A stretch of DNA of 64,000 nt from positions 496,001-560,000 of the forward strand of contig NW_024704746.1 in NCBI RefSeq assembly GCF_018977255.1, written 5' to 3'. Source of the DNA: Callorhinchus milii. Lineage: Eukaryota. Below are positions 25,668 to 38,480 of the stretch, piece by piece (position 1 is the first letter of the stretch; every line of letters starts with the position of its first letter). A program made the position numbers and the translations under genes. The notes below the pieces were generated by a model that was not told the origin of the DNA, made no database searches, and was given only the letters and a program-made list of their open reading frames with translations.

Positions 25668-25960
25668 AGTCCTGTAGCTCAGTGGTTAGAGCACTCGCTT
25701 TGTAAGCGAGAGACCTGGGTTACATTCCTGACAGACTGAAACCTCGGGCAGGTTTCCTCACTCCACACGCTTGATAATAATCCCTCAAAAAAAATTGGTC
25801 ATTTCATCCATGACTGTGGGATACTGCTGTGCGCAATTGGCTGCCCAATTTTGCCCACAAGTATACAGTATATATGAACTTTACAGTCTATTCTGTGAAG
25901 CTTTAAGACCCTTAGAAGATTTGAAAAGCGCTATATCAAATGTAAGGATTATTATTATTA
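25668..25960 (+). mobile_element. tRNA-derived SINE, internally deleted
   Basis: agtcctgtagctcagtggttagagcactcgc head and (TTA)n tail. Confidence 0.9.
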
Positions 25961-25979
25961 AGTTCCTCATTCCTGATAC

Positions 25980-28167
25980 CAACAACAACAACAAGATTCC
26001 ATTTATAGAGCGCCTTTCACGTCGGGAGGACGTCCCAAGGCGCTGTACAGTAGGGTCAGGACCCGAGGAGGGGGGAAATGGTCAGGGTGAGGGGAGGGAA
26101 GGGAGGGAGCGAGGAGGGGGGAAATGGTCAGGGTGAGGGGTGGGAAGGGAGGGAGCGAGGAGGGGGTAGAGAGTCGAGAGGGGAGCTGAAGGCACTGTCA
26201 AAGAGAAAGGTCTTGAGACCGGCCTTGAAGGAGGAGAGGGAGGAAGCGGCGAAGGCACTGGGGGATAGAGTTCCAGAGCCTCGGGGCTGAGAGGCTGAAG
26301 GCCCGGCCACCGATGGTAGAGCGGTTGGGGCGGGGGATGTGGAGCAGACCGGAGCCAGAGGAACGGAGGGTACGGGCAGGTAGGTAGGGGGATAGTAGGT
26401 CGGAGAGATAGGAGGGAGCGAGGCCGTGAATGGCCTTGTAGGTGAGGATGAGGATCTTGAATTTGATCCTCTGAGGGATGGGGAGCCAGTGGAAGCGAGC
26501 GAGGGCGAGGGTGAGGGTGAGGGTGGGAGTGATGTGTTCCCGAAGCCTGGTGCGGGACAGTACACGAGCTGCAGAGTTCTGAATGACCTGCAGTGTGGAG
26601 GGAGGGCCGGGAAGGCCGACGAGGAAAGAGTTCCAATAGTCCAGCCTTGAGGTGATAAAGGCGTGGACCAGAGTTTCAGCCGTGTGAGGGGTGAGGTAGT
26701 GCCGTAGTCTGGCGATATTCCGGAGGTGATGGAAGGCGGTGCCAGTTGCGGCGCGGAAATGAGGGAGAAAGGACAGCTCAGGGTCGAACAGAACGCCGAG
26801 GTTCCTGATGGCTTTGAGAGGTGGAGAGTGCAGCCTTGGATGCTGATGCTGTCAGCGCCTGAGGTGCGGAGGCACTGACGTGAGTCAATCAGGAGGGCCT
26901 CAGTTTTACGCACGTTGAGCTGAAGAAAGTTGTCTCTCGTCCAGGACTCGATGTCGGACAGACAGCTGTCAGGACATCAGTGGTCGTGGAGTTGAGGGTA
27001 GAGGAGGAAAGTTAACCCCATGTCTGCGGATGATGTCACCACAGGGGGAGCATATAGAGGGTGAAGAGGAGAGGACCGAGGACAGAGCCCTGAGGGATAC
27101 CGCACGAGACAGTGCGGGGGGTGGAGGAAAGGCCGTTCGTGAAACAAAGTGAAGACGGTGGGAGAGGTACGACCTAAACCACTCAAGGACAGGGCCTTGA
27201 AGGTTGAGGTGGGAGGACAAGCGGTGGAGGAGGATAGCGTGGTCGACCGTATCGAATGCGGCCGATAGGTCGAGGAGGACGAGGAGGCAGAGGGAGCCCT
27301 GGTCACAGATGGTCAGGATGTCATTGGTGACCTTGACCAGGGCAGTTTCTGTGCTATGGGCAGCACGGAAACCCGACTGAAGGGGTTCGAATAATGAATG
27401 GGTGGAGAGGAAAGAGCGCAGCTGGGAGGCGACAACTCATTCCAGGACCTTGGACAGGAAGGGGAGGTTGGAGATGGGCCGGTAGCTTGATAGCTGCGAC
27501 GCATCAAGGGAGGGTTTTTTCAAGGTGGGAGTGATGGTGGCAGTTTTTAAGGGAATGGGAAGAGAGCCAGAGGAGAGGGACGTGTTGACGATGTCTGTGA
27601 TATGTGGGGCAAGGAGGTGGAGCTGGGAGATAAGGAGTGGGGTGTGGATGGGGTCAAGGGAGCAGGTGGTGGGTTTCAGGGATAGGATAAGTTTGGTGAC
27701 AGAGGGTGGGGAAACGGGCACGAAAGTGTGTAGGGGAGGATGGGTAGGAGTTGGAGTGTGGGAGGGAGGGTGGGGGGTGGGTGGATGTTGGAGGGGAAGT
27801 GACCGCGGACCAAATTCACTTGATTTGGGGTTCAAGGAAATCCAGCATCTCCTCGCAGTGAAGGTTGGAGGAGATGACCTGCACGGGGTGGCGGGGGGGA
27901 CGGAGGAGTCGGGATGTGGTAGAGAACAGAAGCCTGGGGTTGTTCTTCGCCTCCAGGATTATCCTGGAGTAGAAGGACGACTTGGCCGAGGCTAGAGTGG
28001 AGTGGTAGATTTTGAGGAGGTTCAACCAGATTTGTCGGTGGACCGTTAGGCCAGAGTTGACGCAGGTGCCTTCAGCGGCCCGCACCTGGCTCTTCAGTGA
28101 GCGGAGGTGGGTGGTGAACCAGGAGGAGGAGCGAGAGTAGGTGAACCAGGGGGAGGAGCGAGAGTAG
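25980..28167 (-). mobile_element. L2 LINE, about 2.2 kb, 5'-truncated, frameshifted ORF2 (linker plus RT) and 3' UTR
   Basis: Peptides LKPTTCSLDPI...LKTATITPTLKKPSLD...[42 protein letters not shown]; (AAC)n tail at 25980. GC/CpG-rich, consistent with a young copy. Confidence 0.95.
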
Positions 28168-28169
28168 AC

Positions 28170-29295
28170 AGTCAACATCCCGGTCAACATCCTTTGCACC
28201 CTCTCCAATGCCTTGACATCCTTCCTAAATTGTGGGGCCCAGAACTGAGCACAGTCTCTAACTGAGACCTAACCAGTGTTTTATATAAAGGTTCATCATA
28301 ACTTCCTGACTTGTGTATTCTATGCCCTTATTTATAAAACCCAGTATCCCGGATGCTTTTTTAATAGCTGTATCTACCTGTCCGGACCTTCAAAGATTTA
28401 CTTATATGAAGCCCCAGGTCTCTCTGCTCCTTCAACCCTTTTTAGATTGTACCATCAGCTTATATTGCCTCTCCTCATTTTCGTCTCAAAATGCATCACT
28501 TCACATTCCTCCGCATTAAATTTCAGCTGTCATGTGTCTTCCTGTTTCACCACTCTGTTTAAGGCATCCTGCAGTCTGCTGCCATCCTCCTCCTGGTTAC
28601 CACTTTTTCTAGCTTTGTATCATCTGCAAGCTTGTAAATTGTCCTCCTTATACCCAAGACCAGGTCATTTATATACATCAAAAAGAGCAGTAGTCCCAAT
28701 ACGGACTTTATCAAATGCCTTTTGAAAATCCATATAAACTACATCAACTGCACTACCTTCACCCACCCTCTCCGTTACGTCATCAAAAACATTTGCGAAT
28801 CTCCAGTCCTCTGGCACCACCCCGGTGTCCAAGAAGGATTGAAAGAATGTGGCCAGAGCCTCCGTTATTTCCCCCCTTACTTTCCTCAGTATCCTAGGAT
28901 GCATTTTCGTTCCTCATCATCAAGGTCCCTCATTCCTGGTACCATCCTCATAAATCTCCTCTACACCCTTTCCAATGCCTTAACATCCTTCCTATAGTGT
29001 GGTGCCCAGAACTGGGCGCAGTATTCCAACTGAGGCCTAAGCAGTGTTTTATATCGGTTAATCATAACCTCCTGACTCTTGTACTCTATGCCCCTATTTA
29101 TAAAGCCCAGTATCCCATATGCCCTTTTCACAGCTTTATCTCCCTGTCCTGACACCTTCAAGGATTCATTTACCTGAACCCCCAGGTCTCTCTGCTCTTT
29201 TACCCCCCTTAAGATTGTACCAGTCTATATTGCCTCCCCTCATTCTTTCTACCAAAATGCATTACCTCGCACTTCTCCATATTGAAATTCATCCC
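28170..29295 (-). mobile_element. Two overlapping or rearranged CR1 ORF2 fragments
   Basis: YKTLLRPQLEYCAQFWAPHYRKDVKALERV (28961-29161), a homologous stretch at 28190-28700, and VDVVYMDFQKAFDKV / GVVPEDWR.AN. Confidence 0.9.
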
Positions 29296-29304
29296 TCTCT
29301 TCCC

Positions 29305-29462
29305 ATTGTCAGGTCTCTGCTGAAGACCTTTCTTTTCGACCGTACCTTTGGTCACCTTCCCCCCCCCTCCCCCTGGCTCTGCCCCGGGATCCCGGGATCT
29401 GTGAAGCTCTGAGACGCCATCCAGCGTGGAGGGCACTATATAAATCCAAGTTGTTGTTGTTG
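29305..29462 (+). mobile_element. L2 3' end inserted in CR1
   Basis: SLLKTFLFDRTFG followed by the tail actatataaatccaagttgttgttgttg. Confidence 0.85.
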
Positions 29463-29810
29463 TCCGGACTGGGTGACTTATCTACCTTGAGCACCGTCAA
29501 CCTTTTTAGTCCCTCCTCTTGGTTTATTCTTATATTATCCAATTTCTCTCCCCTATCCTCTGATACTGTTGCATTGGCTGCATCCTCTTCTTTTGTGAAG
29601 ACAGATGCAAAGTCCTTATTTACATGCCCTCTGCCACCACAAGAAGATTTGGTCCCTAATTGGACCCACCCTACTTTTTACTCACCTTTTATTCTTAGGG
29701 TTCCCTTTTATGTTACCCGCTCATCTTTTCTCATACAATCTCTTTGCCCCTCTTATTTCCCTTTCAGTTCTCCTCTCTATTCTATATTCTGTTTAACTAT
29801 CTTCTGTATA
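29463..29810 (-). mobile_element. CR1 ORF2 linker fragment
   Basis: LKVDKSPSPD and FASVFTKEE motifs on the minus strand. Confidence 0.8.
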
Positions 29811-30948
29811 ATGAACAGTATGAAGATAGAGTAAGCTAATCTCAAGCACTGGAAAAATCAGGAATGGGTTAAGTCAGGCAACCGACCATACAGCTTGGGG
29901 GAAAAAAACAACTTTGTCATGTCAGCAGCTAGGATGGAGATGCAGCGAATATATTAACTTTTGGGTCTTGTGTTCCCTCATTACTACACAATTTGCATTA
30001 GCAGAAATCAACATCTAATCCACTTAGTTACACGTTTCCAAGACTCAAAAGCAGTGGTTAATTAGATTAAAAAGGAATGTGCTGATGTCATCTGCTGATG
30101 CTTGGTTTAACAGACATTAATGTCATTTTTTAAAAAAACACACACACTGCAATCTTGAAATACTGCAACAACTTTTGAAAAGCCTGCAGAAAAAATGTGT
30201 TTATTTTATGCAAATGTTTGCGTAACAAAAATACACCTACATTTTTCCCACAAAAATACATAATATTTTAATTATTATTATTTAACCAGTTGGAATCAAA
30301 ATTCAAACTATCGGGAGGACGGCATCTTGAATATTTTTTTATAAATGCAAAATAAATCCCCAATGGATTACAGTACCAATCCAGTGTAAAATACATTTAG
30401 AATTGTGTGAACAAAATTTACATGAGATGCTATGTTAATTAGGTAACGATACAGTATGAGTATGTTTGGAAAAACATTTTGTCATTTAATTTAGTATGAG
30501 TTCATGCCATTAATCCACACTGAGATTCCAGCAAAAATGGAAGCTTTAGGGATGGTTGATGCATTGAACTGTAATTTTTGCACCCTGTCAATCATGTGGA
30601 TAATGCCTGACATTCCATAAAAATATTGGAAGTCATGAGAGTTAACATTTTTCTGCATAGATTTAGCATACAGCAGTAACATGTTAACACCTCAGAATGA
30701 AAATATCATTCAAGACAATTGATTTGGGAGGAGGTCCAATTAGTTGTAGCCACACAGCAATTAACGAATTGTAAGGCCTTAATTTAACATTAGCTCGTGC
30801 AATGGGATGAATTATTATTCATGTGCCCAGTTATAGTAATGAAAAAGTCTAACCTTGCTGTGAAGGCATTGTGTATCAGTGCAGAACAATAGCAAACACA
30901 TTTAATTACTACAAACTCCTTTGTATGGACTTGTGCATTATTGTGCAT

Positions 30949-31327
30949 TGTGGAATCCTGTAGCTCAGTGGTTAAAGCACTCACCTCGCAAGCGAAAAGA
31001 CCTGGGTTCGATTCCCGGCAGGGCAAAACATTAGGCAAGTTTTCTTACCCCACACACCTCAGTTTACCGGCACTAAGTAGGAACCCGGTTGTTAGTCAAT
31101 TGGCGGATCACTTTTCTGCGGATAATAATCCTTGAAAAGAAACAATAATAATTTGGTCACTCAATCCATGACTGTTTGTGGGATGCTTCTGTGCATAATT
31201 GGCTGCTGCGTTTCACCCACAAATATACAGTCAATTCACTTTACAGTGTATTCTGTGAAGCGCTTTGAGATGGCTAGAAGATGTGATAATGCGCTGTATC
31301 AAATGCAAGGATTATTGTTATCATTAT
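30949..31327 (+). mobile_element. tRNA-derived SINE, long subfamily, full length
   Basis: Cloverleaf-like head with GGTTCGATTCC box B and CGC anticodon loop, body and tail. Confidence 0.93.
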
Positions 31328-31491
31328 GATGAATATGGTCAATACTGATAAGTGCAAGGCACTACAAACAGGAAGTAAGATGAGGTGATGCACATGCTCC
31401 ATGCATGGAATAGATCTCTAAGGGTATTAGTTTACTCATTGCTTACCATGTCAAAACAGTATCGGACTGCTTTAAGCATGTGATGTACAAT

Positions 31492-31700
31492 ACAACAACA
31501 ACAACCTGCACTTATATACAGCGCCCTCCACGTAGGGTAGCGTTCTCAGAGCGTTTACAATAGATTTGCTTATATTGCTTCTTTCATGTTGGGAGGATTC
31601 TCAATTCAAAATGCTTGTCAATTCTGGCTCAGCACCGAAGGTGGGAGCTGAGGGAGGGGAAAGATCACAAGTCAAAGAGGGACGTTTGAAGCTTACCTGG
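31492..31700 (-). mobile_element. L2 tail fragments
   Basis: (AAC)n ctgcacttatatacagcgccctccacg. Confidence 0.6.
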
Positions 31701-34503
31701 TGAGAGGTATTATTTCATTGAAAGATCATTACTCATGACTCCAGCAGAAAAAGAGGCTAATTTGGACAGAATATTCTAGAAACAGTTAGGATCAGCCAGG
31801 TGAGTAATTGGCAAGCTCCTGAAAAAACTAACCTTCATATGAACTGGGTTGAAGAGAAGATTTTAAAAGACATATTTAGACTATAACCACCTTCTACAGT
31901 GACAATCAGAAAATATTACAGGTAAATAACATATTGTTCTGGGAAATGTACATATTTAAAATTACTACATCTGAGCTGGTTTATTCATCTGAATAGATGG
32001 TGTGCACATTACACTCAAATATATCTCAAACAATTGCTATTACTTTGTACTTTTCCTTCAATAAATATGTGCAAATATCTTTCTATTGCTGTGCAAATGT
32101 GTTATGCAAAAAAAGTAAAAGATAAGCAGTGCTACTTTCAGAAGAGCTTATGTTTGTATAGGACCTTTCATATAAAAGAAATACCTTTAAGAGCTTCACA
32201 GAACAGGATTAATTAGGAATAAAGTGAATGTTTTATGGAGGCAAACAGAGCAGCTAATTGTACCAGTAATCCCATAAAAATGTGGCTGAGAAGCGATGAG
32301 TATTCAATTAATTAGAGTTTGTGGAATAATTTGGATGAGGAGGGGGTATAAAATCAGTTAACAAGGAGGAAAACTCCACTTTTCGTTTTCAGGGAGAGTG
32401 GCAGTGATGCCATATAATAATAGAAGTACAAGATAATAATAATAAGATATTGCACCTGAGGAAAAGGTCTCCTTTCTAATTTGTCGGATTTCAGAAAGTC
32501 TGACTGCCAGGCGTTGATAGAGGGTATTACCCCACAGGCTGGTCATAGGGGCAGAAGTCACAATAAACCATAATTTGTCACTTTCTGGATTATTTCAATA
32601 AGAATTGGTGGGCAAAATAAAATGCAATACACCAACATCACCTCATTACAATAATTGTGTATTGTGTCCTCACAGCATTTTTTCTCTAAGTAGATAAACA
32701 ACGCACCTTCCATCTCAGGTTTGCTTATTGCGCAAATATCAATCGATTCTACACTGAGATATTTATCTTTAGACTTAGAAAAAAGTTCCATTTTCCACAT
32801 CTGCTCCCAAACATTGACAACATATATAGTTTGAAATGGCATTTGGTATTCTTAATACCTATTGCATATTTAATATTGTAGTATTATGCAAACTCCATCA
32901 GTTCTATTCCAGTAAACAGAATGGCAAGTAAACATGAATTAATTTCTTTCCTGTTAAATTATCCTCCAATGTTGTACACAGTTGACTATGTAGGTAAAAA
33001 TAAAATCAAATTTCAGTAAATTAGAAACGGCCCACATTTATTTTTCCCCTCCGTTATTTATATTAAATCTTGAGTTGCTGGCGCCAACTAACTCAGTCTT
33101 CCCATCATCAGGGGATATGGGTTAGTGCCGTGGTTACTATATGTTAATGAGTGATGACATTTTAATGTTTACAGCAAATTCTGATTTGTCAGCTCAGCAT
33201 CCACTGGGAATTCTTGATGATTTGGGATAGCTTTCAGGCTATCAAATTAATTGGAGTAAGTCTAAGGCACTTCTAAGAGAAAGATGTTTCCCTTGTAATT
33301 TTGCTTAATTCCCTAAAGGAAGTGACCTTATTGCTATCCCCAAAGAGTTGGGTGAAATTCAGAATTTTAATTTGCCTGTGTTCTAAAAAGAATACCGAGT
33401 TAGATAGGGAATGATGGCAGTACTTACTTCTCTCCTTATGGGAGTTGGTGGATACTGTTAAAATACCAATTAAGTCCAGGTAATAGACGTCTCTGAACAT
33501 TTTAATATCTCTTCATGAGTGGAAAGGACATTGGTGGCAGTGCACAGTTGAGCCAAGAACTGACTAAGCTTCTGCCAACTGAGGCAAGAGAGTGTGAGAG
33601 AATGCTAAACATGCTCCAAGTGTCCTATTCAAAGTAAATATTGTTGCCTGTACTCCGTTAAACTGGGCAATGCCTAGATTAGCAGATGGGGAATGGGCTT
33701 CCAGGCCATACAGCTATTTGGTTGTTTAGAAAGATTAATACAATCTTCTATGATTTTATTAATGCTGGCAGCATTGAGGAGTTGCATTTTGCCTGCTCAC
33801 AGGTTACAACTGTTTGAGCTCTTGTTAAGTTGAATTCACAAGCTTATTACTTGAAATATCATTTGAGGTCCCCAATGCATTGTCATTGCTGCCCTACAGA
33901 AGCTCAGCCCAACTGGTTGGCCATTAAGTGGAGATTGCTAAATCACTGCAATTTGCTCTGTTTCTCTTTTTGAAGGCTGTAACCAGAACTACCCATGAAC
34001 CGGCTTTGGCAGTTGCTTATTGAGTTTTAATTAAATATTTGAGATAAATGATGTCTCTCAAATTCATTTTAAATATTAAAGCAGTAATTTCTATTAGAAT
34101 TTTAACCAATTTGTTGAACAAACTTGTTAAGTCCAGAATGAGGAAGGTGTGAAGACTATATAAGACAGGGATAATTTCTTCCCTTGGGCATCCTTCTCGC
34201 TCTCCACAAAGCCATTTAATACAGCATCGACTGAGTGATGGTGGAGCATGGGCTGTGGACAAAATATAGCCAATATTTGGCATAAACTGGAAAAAAAACA
34301 CAGCTAGCTTGTGATCAATCTTCGAAGACCAACTGGCGCCAGATGTACTGAACAGATGCACTGAAAGTTCAGTTGCACCAGCGCTTCTGCTCCAGCAAAT
34401 TGATCTATACAGGGAACCACACTCCCTCTGCACTGCAAGAAAGTCAAATGCATAGCCTTTAAACGACTGTCAGGGAACTCAGATAAATTCAAACTGACCT
34501 TAT

Positions 34504-34702
34504 TGTGGAGTCCTGTAGAGCACTCGTCTCGCAAGTGCGAGACCTGGGTTTGATTCCCGGCAGGGCAAAATGTTTCCTTATTGCACACGCCTCTGTTTAC
34601 CTAGTAGTAAGTAGGAACCCGGTTGTTAGTTTGCTTTTCTGGGGGTAATAATTCCTTCAAAAATAAATTGGCCACTTCAATCCACGACTGTTTGTGGGAC
34701 CC
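34504..34702 (+). mobile_element. SINE 5' two-thirds
   Basis: gtggagtcctgtagagcactcg...caatccacgactgtttgtgggac; tail missing. Confidence 0.85.
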
Positions 34703-35549
34703 TCATTCTCTAAAGAGACCATTTCTGGAGCTAATAATTAATGAGAAAAGTGATTGTATTGTGTGAATTTTTACAGTGTTACCTTTTGTATTTTTAGTCT
34801 TATTTATTTTTAGTCTTATTTTGCTCCAGAGTAAAGCAATGTTTGTGGCAATGCGTGCGATTTAGAAATCACTGATCATGAAGCTTAATGTTCCTGTGTT
34901 CCCAAACTTGAGATAAACAAATATCTTAATATGTAGTAAATATTTCATAGTTGTGTAGGTCCATAACACATCATTTTGCTGTATTGAATTCTCCTTCAGA
35001 ATACTATCTTATCATTATTTTATTCAAAATTAAATCCAAATGAATATAACTGTTGGCAGCAAAGCTGCTTAAAATTTGCTCAGGATTTATGTGCTTTTCC
35101 TTAGCTGTGGCAGTAATTCTGTATGGATTGCTACTGGTTCCTTTGAATGTTTACTGGGAAAATAAAGACGTTTTATTAATAGAATGATAGTATCTATGAT
35201 TTACTGTTGAGAATGCATTTGCTGCATCTTAAATTTATTATTGCAAAATAAAATATATTTTGCCATGAGGCAATCTTTTATCAATAGAGAAAAGTGCTTT
35301 GTTATTCCCAGATCTTTGACGAATACAGAAGTATCCTTAAGCGCTCTCAATCATGTTGGATGTTGGTGTTTGAGTAAATTAGATCCTCCAATATTATTCA
35401 ACACTTTGTCTAGCATGCATGTGTTAAAAGTTGTTCTGGAATGTGTCAACATATTTTGACATACGTTTAGATTTTCTATGAGTACATTTTCATTTGCTTT
35501 CATCTAGATGGTAAATCTGCCAATGTTAAAATCTAAGAGAGCACTTAGA

Positions 35550-36725
35550 GAACAATAATAAATGACATCAATATCACACCTTTCACATCTGGAGGACATC
35601 ACAGGCCCTGGATATGAAGGGTTTGCACCTGATTTGGGGGTTGGACTCAAGAGGGGTGAAGGGCAAGGGGTAGAGGTGGGAGAATGACCGAAGGAACGGA
35701 CAAAGATGAAGGTCTTGAGATGGGCCCTGGAGCCAAGTGAGAGGCCGAGGCGGAGAGGCTCCAGGATGGAATTCCAGAGGGTGGGATCGGAAAGGCTGAA
35801 GGCCTGACTACAGATGGTGGGAGGACATGGAACAGACCAATGCCCGTCAAATGGAGGGAACTAGCTGGTCAGTCATGTTTTAGTTGGTCGCAGAGGTGAG
35901 AAGCAAAACTGTGGAGAGCTTTAAAGGTGAGGACGAGGATCTTGAACTTGATCCTCTGGTGGATGGAAAGCCAGTGAGGCTGGGTGACGATGTGGTTGAT
36001 TGGCTCACAGAGTTTATTACAGAAGAGGACACGAGCTGAAGAGTTATGAATAATCTGCAGCTTGTGGAGGGGAGAGATGGGAAGTCTAGAGCAGGACAAA
36101 CCTGGATGTAATGAAAAGCGTGGATGAGGGTCTCTGAGGGTAGAGGTAGTGATATTGTTGCAGAGGTGGGTAAAGGCAGAATGGGTCATAGCATGGATTT
36201 GGGGTTTAAAAGTCAGTTGAGGGTTGAACAAGACAACAAAGTTCCATACTGGCTCAGTGAGGTGGAGAGTGCATCCATGAATAGTGATGCTGTCAGCGCC
36301 TGAGGTGAGGAGATGCTGACAGGAGCCAAGAGGAGGATCTCAGTCTTGTCAACATTCAACTGGAGAAAATTGGCTCTGATCCAGGACTTGATGTCTGACA
36401 GACAATCCGTCAGGGCAGCAGTCGTCGACCGTGGAGGCAGAGAGATAGAGTTGACTGTCATCCGCATACATGTGGAAGTTAACCCCATGCTTGTGGATGA
36501 TATCACCGAGTGGGAGCATGTAAATATTAAAGAGGAGAGGACCAAGGACAAATGGAGGAGAAGCAATTGATGGACACAAAATTGGTGATGATCGGAAAGG
36601 TAAGAACGAAACCAGGCAAGGACAGAACTATGAAGCTGAGAGGAGAGGTGGTGAAGAAGATTAGAGTGGCCAATAGTGTTAAAAGTGGTGGTGAAATCAA
36701 GGAGGAGATAGATGGACTGAACTCT
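35550..36725 (-). mobile_element. L2 LINE RT/3' fragment, older
   Basis: [36 protein letters not shown]; [23 protein letters not shown]; HWLSIHQRIKFKILVLTFKALH. Confidence 0.93.
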
Positions 36726-36776
36726 TTTGAAGCTTGTTGAAGACTTTCATCCTGACGTTGGGGTATAATATGGACA

Positions 36777-36896
36777 ATTTCACCCACAAATATACAGTCA
36801 ATTCACTTTACAGCATATTCTGTGAAGCGCTTTGAGACGTCGAGAAGACGTGAAAACCACTATATCAAATGCAAGGATTACATATATATATATATA
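36777..36896 (+). mobile_element. SINE 3' fragment followed by (AT)n
   Basis: tttcacccacaaatatacagtcaattcac...atatcaaatgcaaggatta. Confidence 0.88.
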
Positions 36897-36905
36897 ATTT
36901 CTAAC

Positions 36906-38480
36906 CTTCCTACTCTAATAATCTCTTAATATTAATGAGTTCTCTTATTAACTTCCGATACGAGCGGATACACTTAGAACAAAAACAGAGGAGAATATAG
37001 CATTTCTCAAGTTGGGAATTCAAATTTCCATAACAACAATCTTGTTCTAAAATATTGATTGAGATTCAATGATGATGACTCCTTCCTGTAACTGAAAGTA
37101 CTTCATGTCAATGAACGGTAGCTTTACTCCGAAAATAGTTTGTGTATGAGCATAGTTCTCATGAATCTTCCATTGACAGGTATGTCACCTTGAAGCCAAC
37201 TAAATCCCAAACAGACCCTGCTTATCTTAGTCATTAGATGGTCAATTTTAATAAGCAATGAGTGATTTTAGCTAGAGTAATTAAAAATATAGCTTGAAGA
37301 TATGTTGAAATAACCTAAATTCATCTTCAGGAAATATTTTCTACCATGTGCATGACACATGAACTCCGAGATCATGATTTGCAATGTAATAAATACAACA
37401 ACTTGCACTTATTTAGCCCCTTCCAGGCAGGGGAGCGTCGCAGAGCGCTTAATCCATTTTATCTATTTTAATTCTATTGGCAAAAGCAGACTCACCACCA
37501 CCAATGAGAATCTCAATTTACTTTGGACTCTGGCAGCTGTGAGTTATGTGGTCAGGCTTGTTCACGAGGATATTTCAACTTGAAAAGAATAACTATTTCA
37601 AGGTGGATCAGATTATGGTATCTTTCTCCACATTCGTTTCTTCCCCATTGATTGTTTGTCTTCTGTGCCATTTTTCACTCGTTTCCTCCTGCTAGTCATT
37701 TTCTGTCTGGTGATAGATCAATTATGGGTTGAGCGTACTTTCTACAGTCTAGAATATTGGCATCTAATTTATAATATTTCTTAACAGATTTCTTAATCAG
37801 AAATATATAATTGTCATATTTCTAAAATATTGCCTATCCTGAAGAATGCAATTTTCAACACATTTGACTTTTTAGAAATCTATTTCTTATTTCTTTCATA
37901 TCTGTAAAGAAATATCAGAAATGTAACCTTATGCCAATCTAAGTCCAAACCTCTGTAGCGATTCGGTAATTCACACAACCAATTCCAAATAAGTGGTTTA
38001 GGCTTACATAAGGAGTAATAAGAAACAAGTTAGTATATATATTTAATTTTCTTCAGAAAGTTGTCAGTCATGGGAAGGATGCGGTGCAGATTCACTAAGA
38101 TAACGCTTAAGTAAAACTCTATATTTCAACTCTGGATCACACCATTTTCCAATATGTGCAAGTTGCAGTTGATATCTGTCTTAGTTGTAGTATTCAGAAT
38201 CACTGATTTCTATCCATTTCTCTATCATTCCTCCCTCTGTGGTTTATTATTTAGCCCTTAATACCAGCCATTCTTAGCTATTGTCCTTGGTGAAATTGAA
38301 CTGCTCCACAAGGCATATGCATCTTGATCAATATTTCAGAACAAGATTGTTGTTATGGAAATTTGAGTTCCCAACTTGTGAAATGCTATATTCTCCTCTG
38401 TTTTTGTTCTTAGTGTATCCGCTCGTGTCGGAAGTTAATAAGAGAACTCATTAATATTAAGAGATTATTAGAGTAGGAAG
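36906..38480. repeat. About 160-bp inverted repeat (arms 36906-37065 and 38321-38480) around a 1.25-kb spacer
   Basis: The arms are reverse complements with about 7 mismatches by eye; no TSD or transposase seen. Confidence 0.93.

Noticed and set aside
26082-26913. Longest ORFs (261 aa and 184 aa)
   Set aside because: They are alternative or frameshifted frames of a GC-rich L2 ORF2 remnant, not host genes.
30953-31024. tRNA-Ala-like cloverleaf (also at the other SINE heads)
   Set aside because: It is followed by SINE body and tail in every copy and has stem mismatches, so it is a SINE head, not a tRNA gene.
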